From the NCBI GenBank assembly GCA_907165135.1, contig OU015566.1, positions 3,596,001 to 3,660,000 of the forward strand: a stretch of DNA of 64,000 bases. Direction: 5' to 3'. Under the pieces are notes generated by a model. The model saw nothing but the letters and a program-made list of their open reading frames with translations. It had not been told where the DNA came from and ran no database searches. Source of the stretch: Oikopleura dioica (lineage: Eukaryota > Animalia > Chordata). The position numbers and the translations under genes are program-made. Each line of letters begins with the position of its first letter. Positions within the stretch are counted from its first letter, which is position 1. Shown here in pieces: positions 11,413 to 23,569 of this stretch.

Positions 11413-12124
11413 TTAAACACTCATACAGAAACTCCCGTCATCGCTTCGGCAAACTTGTTCGGGATCGAAGGTTTCCCCGTTGAAGGCGATTCTCACTTGG
11501 GCTGGGCACTTTGAGGGCGAGGCTTGAGCGTAGCCGATTGCAAATCCAAGGTTGAAATCTGCATCGGAATCCTGAATCATTTGAGTTACAAATTCTGAAA
11601 GGGACTGTACCTTGAAGACTTCAGGAAGTTTCGCGCCAATGAGAACGATAGTTCCAGAAGGAACATGTTTCTTCAAGAATTGAGCAGTTTCAATGAGTGT
11701 ATCGGTCCCATGAGTGATGACAAAGTTAGTGTTTTCTGACTGAAGAATCTTTGACAAGAGAATTTCTCGCTCAGAATCGGTCACGTCCTGTGAGTCCAGG
11801 GCGCAGACTTTTTCTACGTTGAGTTTTGCTTTTGCTCGTTTCGCGATTCTCTCGGCAGCGGTTTCAATCCCGAATTCGAAGGCTAGAATAATTTTAGCGT
11901 AATTTGGGCTTTGAAGACTGTGTAGAAACCTGAGTCAGGGTCACCAAATAGCTTCAAGAAAAAGGTGGGTATTCTTGTCGTCTTGCATTGTGTGAACCCT
12001 GACTCAGGTTTCTACAGAGTTACCGAGCCCACATCTGCATCAATTTACCGTATCCACCCAAAGAACGAGGGTATTCCTTGTCGATTGTCCCACCAGTTGT
12101 GAGCACAACGACTTTTGACGACAT
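11413..12124 (-). CDS. Short single-domain L-asparaginase (168 aa)
   Basis: Motifs TGGTIDKEY and THGTDTLIETA, plus SDADFNLGFA. Exons 12124-12049, 11882-11611 and 11571-11413, joined by GT-AG introns. Confidence 0.85.
11918..12019. mobile_element. Short palindromic MITE with TGAGTCA/TGACTCA cores (intronic)
   Basis: TIR TGTAGAAACCTGAGTCAGGG / CCCTGACTCAGGTTTCTACA. Relatives at about 15141-15199, 24873-24930, 53645-53925 and 55800-56050. Confidence 0.75.
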
Positions 12125-12481
12125 TTTCAAATTGAAGTTCTTTGGTTTATTTTTTTTCGAATTCGATTCTCTCCGAGAATGAAAGCAATTTAACGCACTC
12201 TTGTGACTTTTTCTTAATAAAATATTGATTCGCAAAATAGTAGCTCCACATCCAATTATGCGCATTTTTTGTACTCTCAAAGGAAACTTTCTAAGCCAAA
12301 GAATCTAAGGGCTGGCCTCAGTAACCTTTGTTTAACCCTGAGTACAGTCCCAATAAGAAAAATTTTCAGGAAAGCTCTTTTAGGACCCTGACTCAGGTGT
12401 TTACTCAGGCCCACGAAGGGAGAAACCCATTAAAACCGCTAGGATATCTTATCAAAAGTAACAATATCTTTCTTCATAGAA

Positions 12482-14275
12482 ATGTTGTCGAAGCGAACTT
12501 TGGACAATCCTGAAGAATCCTCTCCAAATCGAAGCAAACGACCTCGCCCTCCAAAACGCATAGAAGAGGAGCTCGACGACGATCTTCCTCTTGTCGGTTT
12601 ACTGGGCCAAGTTGACGATGATGAGGAGGAGGCTATTAAAGTCGAGGTCATCGAGAACGAAAATGAGCTGGAAATAAAAGAAGAGGCCGTCGACGAATTC
12701 GAAGACGAAGATGACTTTTACCTCGGGGAAAATAACGACGACGATTTTATTGAAGAAATAGGAAAATGGATTGATTGATGATTAACTAAAAAAGATTCTA
12801 GCGACATCCTTTCGAATCCCACAAAAGACATAAAAGAAGAAATAACCGGTGACGAGCCTGATGTGCAACCTGAAATTGACCGCCGTAAATCAACGAGAAT
12901 TCCAGCAGCCAGCAGTAGCAGTGGTCACGCGACTTCTTCAAAATCGACGGAAGGAAACGGAGAAAAGGGGTATTCTCAGCGGTTTTTGAAGAGAGAAACG
13001 CTTCTCAGTAAGTTTTCGGGACCGAAAACGGGATATACTCGCGGCTCATTTCATATTGAAAATTATTCTAAGTCGAGAAGTCGCGTGCAAGAAAAAAGCT
13101 CAAGTTTTTTTAACTCTGTTATCTGACCATTGGAAACCCCTTCTTTTAGATCTGCCAGACGAAACAATCATCACATTCCAAATGTCAAAGTTGAACACCC
13201 TTTTCGAGCTGGTCAAGTGCGGCCGCTGCCAAGTCGGCCATTTCAAGATGCACATCCGCGAGAATGAAGACCGCTTCGAAATCAAATGCAACAAGTGTGC
13301 GCTCAAAGTCGCCAGCAAGAAGATCATCCATTCCAGAGTCGCGCCAAAAGATGCAACTTCTCAAATGCCTGAGAAGGAGAATAAGAAGCCAAAAGGTACT
13401 GAAAGGATTTCCTTTCGAAGGTCCTTAAAACCCTTCATTCCACCGATTATTTATTGAAACTTGTTCACATGTTCTATCGAGTTAGTTTTGCAAGTCGTTG
13501 AGTCTGAATTTCGCTTAGAAAGTCTGATTCTTTTGAAAATTTCAAGACGTTATCCTGTTCTTTCAAGAACTCAGGGTCAAAATAAGGCTCTTTTAATTAG
13601 AACAGGGTCCTAGATCCTTAATCAATCCTGTTAAAAGCTTCTTTGAGACCTTTTTGTAATTTCAAGGCCCCGATTTTGACACTTATTCATCTTAAACTGG
13701 ATGTTTTGACCTTTTTTCAAGATTCTTACCGGAACGGGTAGCAAAAAAAGAAGGAAAATTTCTCCCCACTAAAAATTGTTAACCTTGATTAGTAAAATAA
13801 TTTTTAGCAATAAAGACGAAAGTTGATGGATCAAAAACAGGATTTGCAATCTTCAAGGAAGAGAAAATAGCTGAACTGAATCCAGGAAAGGGCTAATCAT
13901 TCGCTTGAACAGAATGTCAACGGATCGCTAGTTCAATTGTAGAAAGGAGAAATCATCAGCCCTCGAAGAAAATCATCATCTGATCGAGCAAATCTGGTTC
14001 GGCTTGAACAAAGAAGAGCGCGAGCAGTACAGAAAAACCACTGATGAGTACAACGCAAAGCACGTTCCAGAAACAACTCAGTCCTCGAGCTCCATGATTG
14101 AGGTACTTGACTTTAGAGTAAGGAGAGAGCACCTTAGGTTAACATAGAAAATTAATACAGTCATCAGGGCTACACGCGATCCGCGCTTCCCTCTCAATCT
14201 TTTATTCTTTGATCTTATCTCGCATTACTTTTTCAGACCGACGGGGATATGAAACTGGGGAGCCAAGCTGGCTAA
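12482..14275 (+). CDS. Nuclear protein with acidic N-terminus, CxxC...CxxC Zn-ribbon and HMG-box-like domain
   Basis: NLS-like KRPRPPKR. CGRC...CNKC exon at 13147-13394. KKPKGFAIFKEEKI...IEQIWFGLNKEEREQYRK fits an HMG box. Stop at 14273-14275. One intron needs a non-GT donor. Head-to-head with the asparaginase gene. Confidence 0.6.
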
Positions 14276-15104
14276 TTTGAGGTAAAGACCTTTTTCCTGT
14301 TTGAATGATCAGTCTGAATGACCATTTAATGATAACCTCATTAAAAATCAGATCCTATTCGACATTTCAAATGTCACATTTGTCAATCAGAATCGACAAT
14401 TATTAATATACACAGTACATTCTATAGCTAGTGGAGTGAACTCTAGATAGAAAATTGTCATTGAATAGAGTTCATTGTTTCACTTGTACTTTCTTGAAGG
14501 TAGGTTAGTCTCTAGGCTTGATAAGATTCCAACTTACTGTCTGTTCAACGGACTCTGTTGATGTCATGGACACGATGGCAGCTTACCGACAAGTTGTTGA
14601 AACAACTCGTTCTATAGCTATCCAGAAATCTTCTCTTTCAACAGTCAATTCTGACAACTCAGTCTCTGACGAAAGTTAGCTTGAAATTTAGTTCCAGAAG
14701 TTCGAAGTTTCCCGCTGAGGAAGAATCGATTCCAACACTGCTACCGTCTCACAAATTTTCTTCAAACCTATCCAACACAAGACTTTCCTTTTCGCCTGTA
14801 TTAACAGTCTACTTACAGGTTCTGTAATACAGAGCAAGGCTTATTGTAGTTTAAAAGCTAAAAAACGTATTGAAAATTAACCCATTCCAGTTTCAAAAAT
14901 AGTAGCTATTGTTACTACATCCAAAATGAATTTTCCAATTCACGCGTTAGCTAAAGCCAGCGCACTCTTCAAAAGGTTAATAATTCAGCGCAGGACAGTT
15001 AAAAAGGACATCGGGCATGTAATTTCAAGTATAAGAAATTGTACTGGGAAGCAGTTAGTAGAGACCTTCTTTTGAATTCGCAGGAAATAGAAAAGAGTTG
15101 AAAG

Positions 15105-15444
15105 ATGAATTTTAAAAGGTTAAGATCTGGGCTCAACAGACTGTGTAGAAAACCTGAGTCAGGGTCCCAGCTTCAGGATACTGACTCAGGTTTTATACAC
15201 AAGTTCGTGAGGCTGATATTGTACCTTCCTTTTGGAGCAAAACGTTAAAATAAATTTCAGTGGCGCAGTTGTCCTTGCAACCTTAATTCTTAACGCTTCC
15301 GCCGCCTCGCTATTTCCCCAATTTCACAAACCTCACAATGTGATGAACAAGCGCGAAATGACCGTCCTTGGTGGTGTCGGGCCACAGTGGTATAGCGAGT
15401 ATTATGGAGAAGATGCTCCGGCCGCTTCTGATTACTTTTTCTAG
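15105..15444 (+). CDS. 65-aa prepropeptide with KR cleavage site
   Basis: Exon 15105-15118 (MNFK|S), GT-AG intron 15119-15260, exon 15261-15444. Hydrophobic GAVVLATLILNASA, internal KR, AATAAA at about 15472, upstream TTCGCAG acceptor at about 15083. Confidence 0.7.
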
Positions 15445-15585
15445 TTCTGTCTTTTTTTCCTTCGACTCATGAATAAATATGCTTTTTAAAGGAGACTCTT
15501 CCTTGATTTCAATCTTAGGCGCTGCTACTGGTAATTTATTTAGTAAAGCAAAGTTGGACAAGAAGTGAAATGAAGGAAATTAAGT

Positions 15586-18500
15586 TTAAGGCAGATACTC
15601 GACAGGATCGCAGGCGGCACCCTTTCTACCGTCTTGGTTGTTAGCGAGAAGGTAGTTCATCATGTCACCGTATTTGCGCTCCCAGGCCATGTTACAGTTC
15701 GCAGCGACATCCTCGTAGATCGCCGCGAGTCGCTGGACGAGCTGACATCTAAATAATTACCCACGATTATTCTCAAGCTTCTTTCGGACAGAGCAATTAC
15801 CTGTGTTCAGTGTGGGGGAAGTACAGAAGTGAGCATTTGACAGCGCCAGCCTTGTTGAGGTCGCATTGAGCGCTGTTACGGGCGAGGACTTGTTGACCGA
15901 GATATTGGAATTCTTGAAAAGAGTTAAAATGACAATCTTTCAATATTCATCCTACCGGTGACGATCTGAGACATGTAGTTCTGGGCGACACCTGGATTTG
16001 AAGTCCATTGCTGTTGGGACATGAGCCTTTCAAGGTTACCCCACTCGAATCCCATCAACGAGCATTCGCCATCGCCGAGGCTTGTGTAGAGACTGGTGTC
16101 CGTTCCTTGGTAGTTGTAGAAGGAACTAGGATTGTGTTAAAATGGTTTATTTTTGTTATAAAAATCTAACCTCTCGACTGGCTCTCGATGGCTAGTGTAG
16201 CTGCTGGTTCCAGACTCGGAGTAAGCGGAATTGCCGCCACCGCCCTGTTTCTGGCAAGTGACACCGTCTCCAAAGTAGCCGTCATTGCAAGTGCACTTGA
16301 AGCCGCCGTTGGTGTTTTTGCATGAAGCCTGTGGGTTGCAGTTGTTCTTGGTCTCGCCCTTCTTGTTTGGACTGCACTCGTCAACGTCGACGCACTTCTT
16401 GGTTCGTGTATCGTACCAGAAGCCGACTGGGCAGACGCACACACCTCCTCGGCATTCGGCTCCTTGTGCGCAGTAGGTGTTACATTTGGCGGCTTCCTTG
16501 CAGTAGAATCCGTCACCTTCGTAGCCCTTGGCGCAAGCGCATTTGTGAGTGTCTAGAAAATAATAAGCAAAAAAATTCATTTTCATTGAAAAAGTGAAAG
16601 TGTGTGAGAAAAAGAAAAATCAACTTACTGGTATAAGTATTTGTGATACAGTAGGCGTGCTTGTGACAGTTTCCACATGGGTTCTCAATAACGGTATTGT
16701 CACTGCAGATTCCATTGTAACAGCTTTGACCCTCACCGCATTGGACATTGTAGCACTTATCAGTAGATTCGCACTTGTCGCCAACCATCTTGAAGCCGTT
16801 CTTGCACTTGCACTGGCACTGCTCGTTTCTGAAAAACACATTTTAGTTTTTATTATCCAATTTCTTTAATTACCCGTAAGCATCCTGGTAGGCGAATTTC
16901 TCAGCGTTTTCGGGGCAAGTGATATCAACACATGGATCGACGTAGACGTCACATCGGAAACCATTACCAGTGAAACCCTCTTGAGAATCAAATTGAAAAT
17001 TCGTAAATTGTAATTTTTATTTTACCGTTGCAAACGCAGTCGTAATCTTGTTCGCTGGTGACTTGCTTGTATGGAACACAGGAAGCATTATCATCGCAGT
17101 TGTGCTCGGCGCAAGCATCAATAGGGGTACATTCGAAGCCATTACCAGTGTATCCAGCCTTGCACTTGCAGACGTGGTTGTAGACGGAGCCGACGAGGGT
17201 GGAGTGGCAAGTAGCATGGTCGTGGCAACCTCCTCGGTTGATGGTGCAGGGGTCGACTTGGACGCATTTGCTCTAGAAAATGAATTCACATACTACTCTA
17301 GAATCGAAATAATGTCACTTACGCCTCTCTTAATGTATCCGTCCATGCAGCTGCATTCGTATCCTGGGCTGAGGTTGGTGCAAGTAGAGTAAGCTGGGCA
17401 AAGTCCTGAATCAGAGCAATAGTCGATCATCTCGCAGCTGTCTTTTCCATCGCCGTAGTAGTGTTTGTTACAGACGCATTCGTATCCAACAGCTCGATCG
17501 ACGCAAGTGGCGTGTTCGTGACATTCGTAAAGGTTGGGGTCCTTGCATTCGTTGACTGGGCAGATAAGAGCCTAAAAAATGATAAGTTTTTTTTGCCAAA
17601 AATATGGAACGTTTTTCAAGATATATTTGGTAAGTGTCAATATATTTCTTACGTTATGGTAGTAAGCGAGCCACTGCTCCCACTTGGCCTTGTAAACGGG
17701 ATCGCATTGGTCGAACACGTGGTTGAAAAGTCTCTCGACTCGGTTGTACAGGTCCTGTGCGTCAACAATGTCGTTGAAGTTGAGGAGTTCACATGGGACA
17801 GCACCGGCCTCAACAGCGCATTCAGCGCCGTATCGTTCAGAAGTTGGGAAGTGGCTGGTAGCAGAACCGAATTTTTTCTCGTACGCCTTACCGAGGGCGA
17901 ACATTTCCTTGGAGAACTGGGCGAATCGAGTAGCAGCATCGTTCTTCTTGCAGACCTTGACACCAGCGGCGTAGATGGTGGAGTACAAATCGGCCCAGCA
18001 TGGTTTAGTGTATTTCATTGAGCACAATCCGTTGTCGAAGTCTCCAGGGTAGGTATCATCGAAGAATCCATCTGGACAGGTAAGTGGTGGCCAGCACATT
18101 TTCATTGCGTCGCCGCTGTAGCCATCCTTGCATTTGCAGGTGAATCCAGCGTAGGTGTTGACGCAGATAGTGGTTTCTTCGTGGCAAGTGTGAGTTCCAG
18201 TGGCGCACTCGTCTTCAGGTCCCGTGCATTGTTTTCCGTCGCCGACGTATCCTTCTTTACCACGGCACTTGCAGTAGTAGCCATTGTCAGTGTCAAAGCA
18301 ATCGGCGTAGTCGTGGCACTCGTGAGTTCCTTCAACGCACTCGTTGACTGGGATTGAGCATTTGTATCCGTTTCCGACGTAGTCATCCTTGCAGACGCAC
18401 TTGTAACCAGCCTGGATATCGACACAATCAGCGTGTTGGTGGCACTTGTGCATACCCTCGTCACATTCGTTGATTTCTGGCTCGCACTTTTTACCATTTC

Positions 18501-21500
18501 CGTAGAAGCCTTCCTTGCACTTGCACTTGAATCCGGAGTAAGTCTGACCGTAGACGGCAGCCTTGGCGATGCAGTCAGCGTTAGGGTGGCAGTTGTGGTT
18601 GCCATCCTCACAGTCGTTTGGCTCGTCGCAAGTTGCTTCTCGAAGTTTGTCAAGTTTGCCAAGGTAGAACTCGGACCATTCGTTGTTGCAGTTGGGCTTG
18701 ACTTGATCGATGACAGTTTCGAGTGTGTGGACCCATTCGCAAGCAGTGGCATCCTTGGTGTAATCGATCCACTTGCATCCGATGATACCAGCTTCTGGTG
18801 CGCAGCTGATGGCTCGAGCAGCTTCACCAAGCTTGGAAAGCTGAGCGGTGATCTCATTCCAGTAATGGATGGCAGTTTGATGATCGTACGAAGTCTTGAA
18901 GGAAACAGCTTCAAATTTCTTGTCGGTAAAGGCGGAGTACTCGGCGAGGTTGCATTCTCCGGTCTCGGTGTAGTAAGGATGGGTACATTCGGTACCGTCT
19001 CCGTTCACATCAACGTATCCATCGGCACAATGGCACTCGTAACCGTCAAGGGTGTCGACGCAGTTGGCATAGTCACCACAGTTGTCCGTGTTGAGCATAC
19101 ATTCGTTCTCCTTTTTCTGGCAGTTGCCGTAGGCGTCGATGTACCAACCGCCCTTGAGTGTACACTCGCCGTTGTTGCATCTTTCGCAAGATTTGCAGTT
19201 TGGCTTGTAGTACGAATCGCAAAGGTCATCTGGAGTGCAGTCCTCACCGGAGTAGCCGTTTTTGCAGGTGCATTCGTATCCCTTGCATTGAGCGTTGCAC
19301 TTGGCATTGGCTCCGCAGGGGTTTCCGGCGCAAGGATCAACATCGCATTCTTCGACGCACTCGCCATAGGCGTCCTTAACGTAGCCGTCATCGCAGACGC
19401 ACTTGTACTTGGTGCATCCATTATTCTGGCAGGATGAGTTAGCTGGGCACTCGACGGTGGCGCATCGATCATCGTGGCAGCACTTGCCGTCGTGATTGTG
19501 GTAGCCCTCCTCGCAAGTGCACTCGTAGCCTTCGCACAAATCAGTGCAGATGGAGTTGTTGGGGCAAGCGTTGTCAGCAGCACACTGGTCTTCATCACAA
19601 GGAGTGTAGCAGCCATCTTCGCCATATTCCTCGCCGTCGGCGCAGATGTTTTCGCAATATTGACCGTTGTACTGCTGGCCATAATCGCACTCTGGCTCTG
19701 GAGCCTCGGTAACGACATTGTATGGTTCATAGCTGCCGCCGTCGCCCATCAATCCTTGGAGGAGACCGAGCTTGCTGTACCAGTCGGAGCAGATTCCGTT
19801 GGCAGAGCAGTCAGCGCATTGGGCATCGATGATGGCTTCGACGCTTTTGAGGAGGGGCTTCTCGGAGTTGCCCCATTTGGTGTGATGGCATTGGACTTTG
19901 ACGGGAGAGGAGCCACCGCATTCGCTTCTGAATTTATCGAAGTAGCAGTTGAACTCGTACATGCTCTCGGTGAGATCAGCATAGACAGCCATAGCTTGTT
20001 CTGGATCAGAAGCTTGATCCTTGATAGCGTAAAAGGCAGAGTTGGAGGCCTTGATGTTCTTCCAGCCGCAAAGTCCACTGCCAGCAGTAGGAAGACCGGG
20101 AAGGAGCTCAAAGTTGAAATTGAAGCCAAATGAGAACTTGATGCGCTGGCCGTTCTTCATGACCATATCGACTTCGGAGGAGTCGTAAGATGATCCCTCG
20201 AGCATGGACGCATCTGAATTGGAGAATTCGAAGGTGCTAGGGGTTCCTGGATCGACATTAGAAGTGGTTTCCTCTTCTGGTTCTTGTCAAAGTTTAAAAC
20301 AGCTATTCACCAAATCGAAGCAAAAAGAGTTAAACCACAGGGCCTCCCACAATCTGCATCCCGCAAAATATGAGTGTCAACCCGACAAAAGAATTTGGTC
20401 AGTGCTAAAGTGATGAAAGCTGAGTGACTTCGCTCACTACATATAATGTGAGAAAGTTTCAAACTCTGCCTTCATTATCCACTTGGGCTTGTGTTGTCGC
20501 CTTAGTGGTTTGTGGCTGAGGTGCCCTAGTTGTTCGTCTAGTCGTGGTTCTTCTCGTCGTGGTTGGTCGACGAGTAGTTGTTCGTTTAGTCGTCTGGGGG
20601 GTAAAGGTATTGTCAAAATTACCGTGCTCGTGGATAGATCGTCGCTTTCGCTTGCTGTCGTTACAGAAGGGTCCCATCTGTTCATTGTCAGTAAAGAGCC
20701 ACATCTCACCAGCGTCACAGTCGACATCCAACTGCAGCTTGATGATCTCGAGAAGATGTTCGTTGTCGGCCTTGAATCGGAAGATGCAAGTTTCTTCTGG
20801 CCCAAGTTCGACGGTTTCGGCAATAGTTCCGTTGTGCATCGATCGGTACGATCCACATACTCGATCGCGCCCACCGGCGAATGAGGCGGCACGTTGAAGA
20901 GCTGGACTAGAAAAGAGCAATTTTAGGATCGAGTTGCAAATTTTGCTAAGCGCGACAAAATTTCAACAAGAAAAACCCTTCCTTTCGAAATTGACTTGCG
21001 TCGTCCTTACTGTATGGAAAATAAAAGAATGTTCCATTACTCCGGATCTCGTAAGTTCCACGGAGCAACAACGCGTTCTATTTACTGTCAAATAAATGGC
21101 TGACAATTACTGCCCGGTCCTCCAACTTCTATTATGCCAAAAACACCAAAACCCTATTTTGTCCAAAAACAAGTTCGAAACGAAGCATCGATTCTTCAAG
21201 TTCTAGTGCTGCGTATCTGTGCAGCGTCAGTCCATCATAGAAGAGGAAGTCGAGGATCGGCGGATCAAAGAGAGGGCTTTTGGAGAGAGGCTCTGACCGC
21301 GGGCGCTCTCGCACGTTGTACTTTACCAATTTTAACAACCCTCTAATATCGCCAGCACGTGTTGCGTCAAGGTTTTTACTGATCGAATGACTTCGCGAAA
21401 TTTTTTGATCAGAAAATTTTGAATTCAAAATTTAAAAAATTGACGATTACCGACGATTTTTCAGTAAAATGAGTCATCAAATTTTTTTTTATCCTTTTTA

Positions 21501-21755
21501 TTTTTGAAATATTATTATTATATAATATTATATATAATATGATAGTCTTATATAATATAATTAATAAATAATAAGAATAATAAAATTTCAGAAATAAGAA
21601 AAAAATGGACTAATAAACGAAAAAATAAGCAAAAACTATAAATTTAAAATAAGGATGTCACGAGAAATGCCTAAAAAATATCATCAGAAAACGTACCTAT
21701 CGTCCATCTCTTGATTGCCGAGCGTCACCCCAAGGAGCGGCGCAAAAATCTTCAT
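15586..21755 (-). CDS. Large secreted multi-EGF protein with CUB-like domain, Thr/Arg-rich linker and 4 copies of a helical Cys module (candidate house/oikosin protein)
   Basis: ATG 21755 MKIFAPLLGVTLG. Intron 21696-20907 joins in phase to the CUB-like exon, followed by RKRR and TTRRPTTTRR. Probable GC-AG intron 20469-20283, big exon 20282-17653 with cbEGF repeats, then further in-phase EGF exons to the stop at 15586. Confidence 0.8.
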
Positions 21756-22156
21756 TTTGGGTTTCTCTTACGAAAAGCTTATTTCTTTTCGTTGGGAGAG
21801 TTGAGAGGGAACTGAGCGGGCGGTTGGTAATCGCCAGGATGGTTGGTGGCGGCGGTGGTGCTCTCTACCGCGTGCCTACGTTTGCGCTGCTCAGACTCCA
21901 CGTCGAGGAATCTGCGATTATTCAAATCCACATTTGCCACAAAAAGTCGGTGGAAGACGAAGGTGAACGTTCGAAAGCAGAAAGAAAAATGTTTATTAGT
22001 CGTATCAAAAAGCTTTGTACAGAATGATGGTGTTTTCATACAGTCAAACTGATTTTCTCATATCGATTTTCTTCGCGAAGTTATTAAAATTTTTGCCCTG
22101 GATGATTTTGAAGAATTCTGATATTGGGGAAACAAGAGGCATTGGTTTGATTAGGG

Positions 22157-23252
22157 CAGGGTTCCAATTTTGGCCGAAAAATTTTGGAGTGGAGTGGAGA
22201 GATGAGTGGATAGCCCAAAAAATTTTTTGAGCGGAGTGGAGCGGTGAGTGGATGAAAAAAATGGTTGAGCGAGTGGAGTGGGTGAGCGGAGTGGATTTTG
22301 AGTGGATTTTGAGCGGATTTTTAGGGAAGTTTGAGCGATTAAAAAAAAAATTTTTTTTTGCATTTCATGCACCTTACAATACACTCAAAAAAGGGTCGAG
22401 AGGCCGTTTTTTTTAAACGATTTTATTCTCATATTTTTAGGCAATTTACAATTATATTCTCGGAAGCATTGACTAATGGAAGATATATTCTTAGCAACCT
22501 TGAAGTTCATGAGGTACTGAGGAACAAACAGGGTCGTTTCATTCTTAAATCGATTATAATGGGTCGTTGGGGGGGAGGGTTTAGTTATCAAAAAGGTTTA
22601 AAGAGAGCAGGGGAACAAAAAGGTTCGACCCCCACGAGCAGACAGAAACCGAAGTCATCTTTGCACGCCGTGAGCAAGCCTTTCCTTTTCTGAAAAATAG
22701 GGGTTTTCAGAAAATGGGGGTGAAGAGAAGAGAAAGAGGGGGTAAAGAAGAGAGGTTGAAAAAGGTTCGACCCCCACGAGCAGACAGAAACCAAAGTCTT
22801 CTTTGCACGCCGTGAGCAAGCCTTTCATTTTTCGAGATAAAAAGGGTTTTAGAGGGGGTCTGATCATCAAACTTTTATCAAGAAGTTGGTCCTAAATTAA
22901 AGGTTGATCCTGATATTATGTCAGTGATTTATTCTCTTGATTATCCCCTTAGAGAATTTGATTCTTCATTTAAAAATAGACCAAACTCGCTCTCCAATCA
23001 GAATACGAGAAAAGCGGCGCTAAAGACAAAAATCCACTCCATCCGCTCAAAATCCACTCCATCCACTCAAAATCCACTCCATCCACTCAAAATCCACTCC
23101 AAAGTAGATTTTACAGGTTGGAGTGGAGTGGAGCGAATGAGTGGATACTAAAAATATAGGCTGAGCGAGTGGAGTGGAGTGGATCCACTCCGCTCACGCT
23201 CCACTCCACTCCGCTCAAAATCCACTCCATCGCTCAGCAAAATTGGAACCCT
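22157..23252. mobile_element. hAT-type MITE with (GAGTG)n subterminal arrays
   Basis: TIR CAGGGTTCCAATTTT. Perfect 8-bp TSD GATTAGGG at 22149-22156 and 23253-23260. Internal duplication of about 100 bp (22619-22720 and 22760-22860). Confidence 0.9.
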
Positions 23253-23569
23253 GGATTAGGGTTAGGGTTAGAGCTCTTCCAAGAATCATTTGGAAATAGA
23301 AATTCTCTAAAAGAAAAGACTGCTCCTCAAAATGCAAAGTATTTCCTAAATACCCGAGATAACGCTCTTATCAGTACCACTCAGTACCTTCTTAGTGCTT
23401 CGAATTATGTTATGGAAAAAACAGGGGAAAATAGACTGTTACATAGAACTGTAAACATCACTTTTGACCTAAAAGCCAAAGAGTACTTTATCATCACCAA
23501 AAAATATAATGACGCCATGAAAAAGAACCTGTGTCCTCTGTTTTCACTCGAAGATAATGAGTTTTAATT

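Noticed and set aside
12598-12801. GA-AG intron in the HMG gene 5' region
   Set aside because: Plausible, but a canonical GT donor at about 12598 is also phase-compatible. Cannot decide without cDNA.
15380-15444. Cionin/CCK-like identity for the 65-aa peptide (EYYG)
   Set aside because: No GWMDF and no amidation Gly-Lys/Arg signal.
17461-20133. Long plus-strand ORFs (18433-19437, 19474-20133, 17461-18021) and similar ones opposite the astacin gene
   Set aside because: Antisense shadows of Cys-rich, codon-biased minus-strand exons, with no independent features.
21132-21428. 98-aa minus-strand ORF
   Set aside because: Lies in the first intron of the EGF gene, whose exons 1 and 2 join cleanly without it. 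No recognisable motif.
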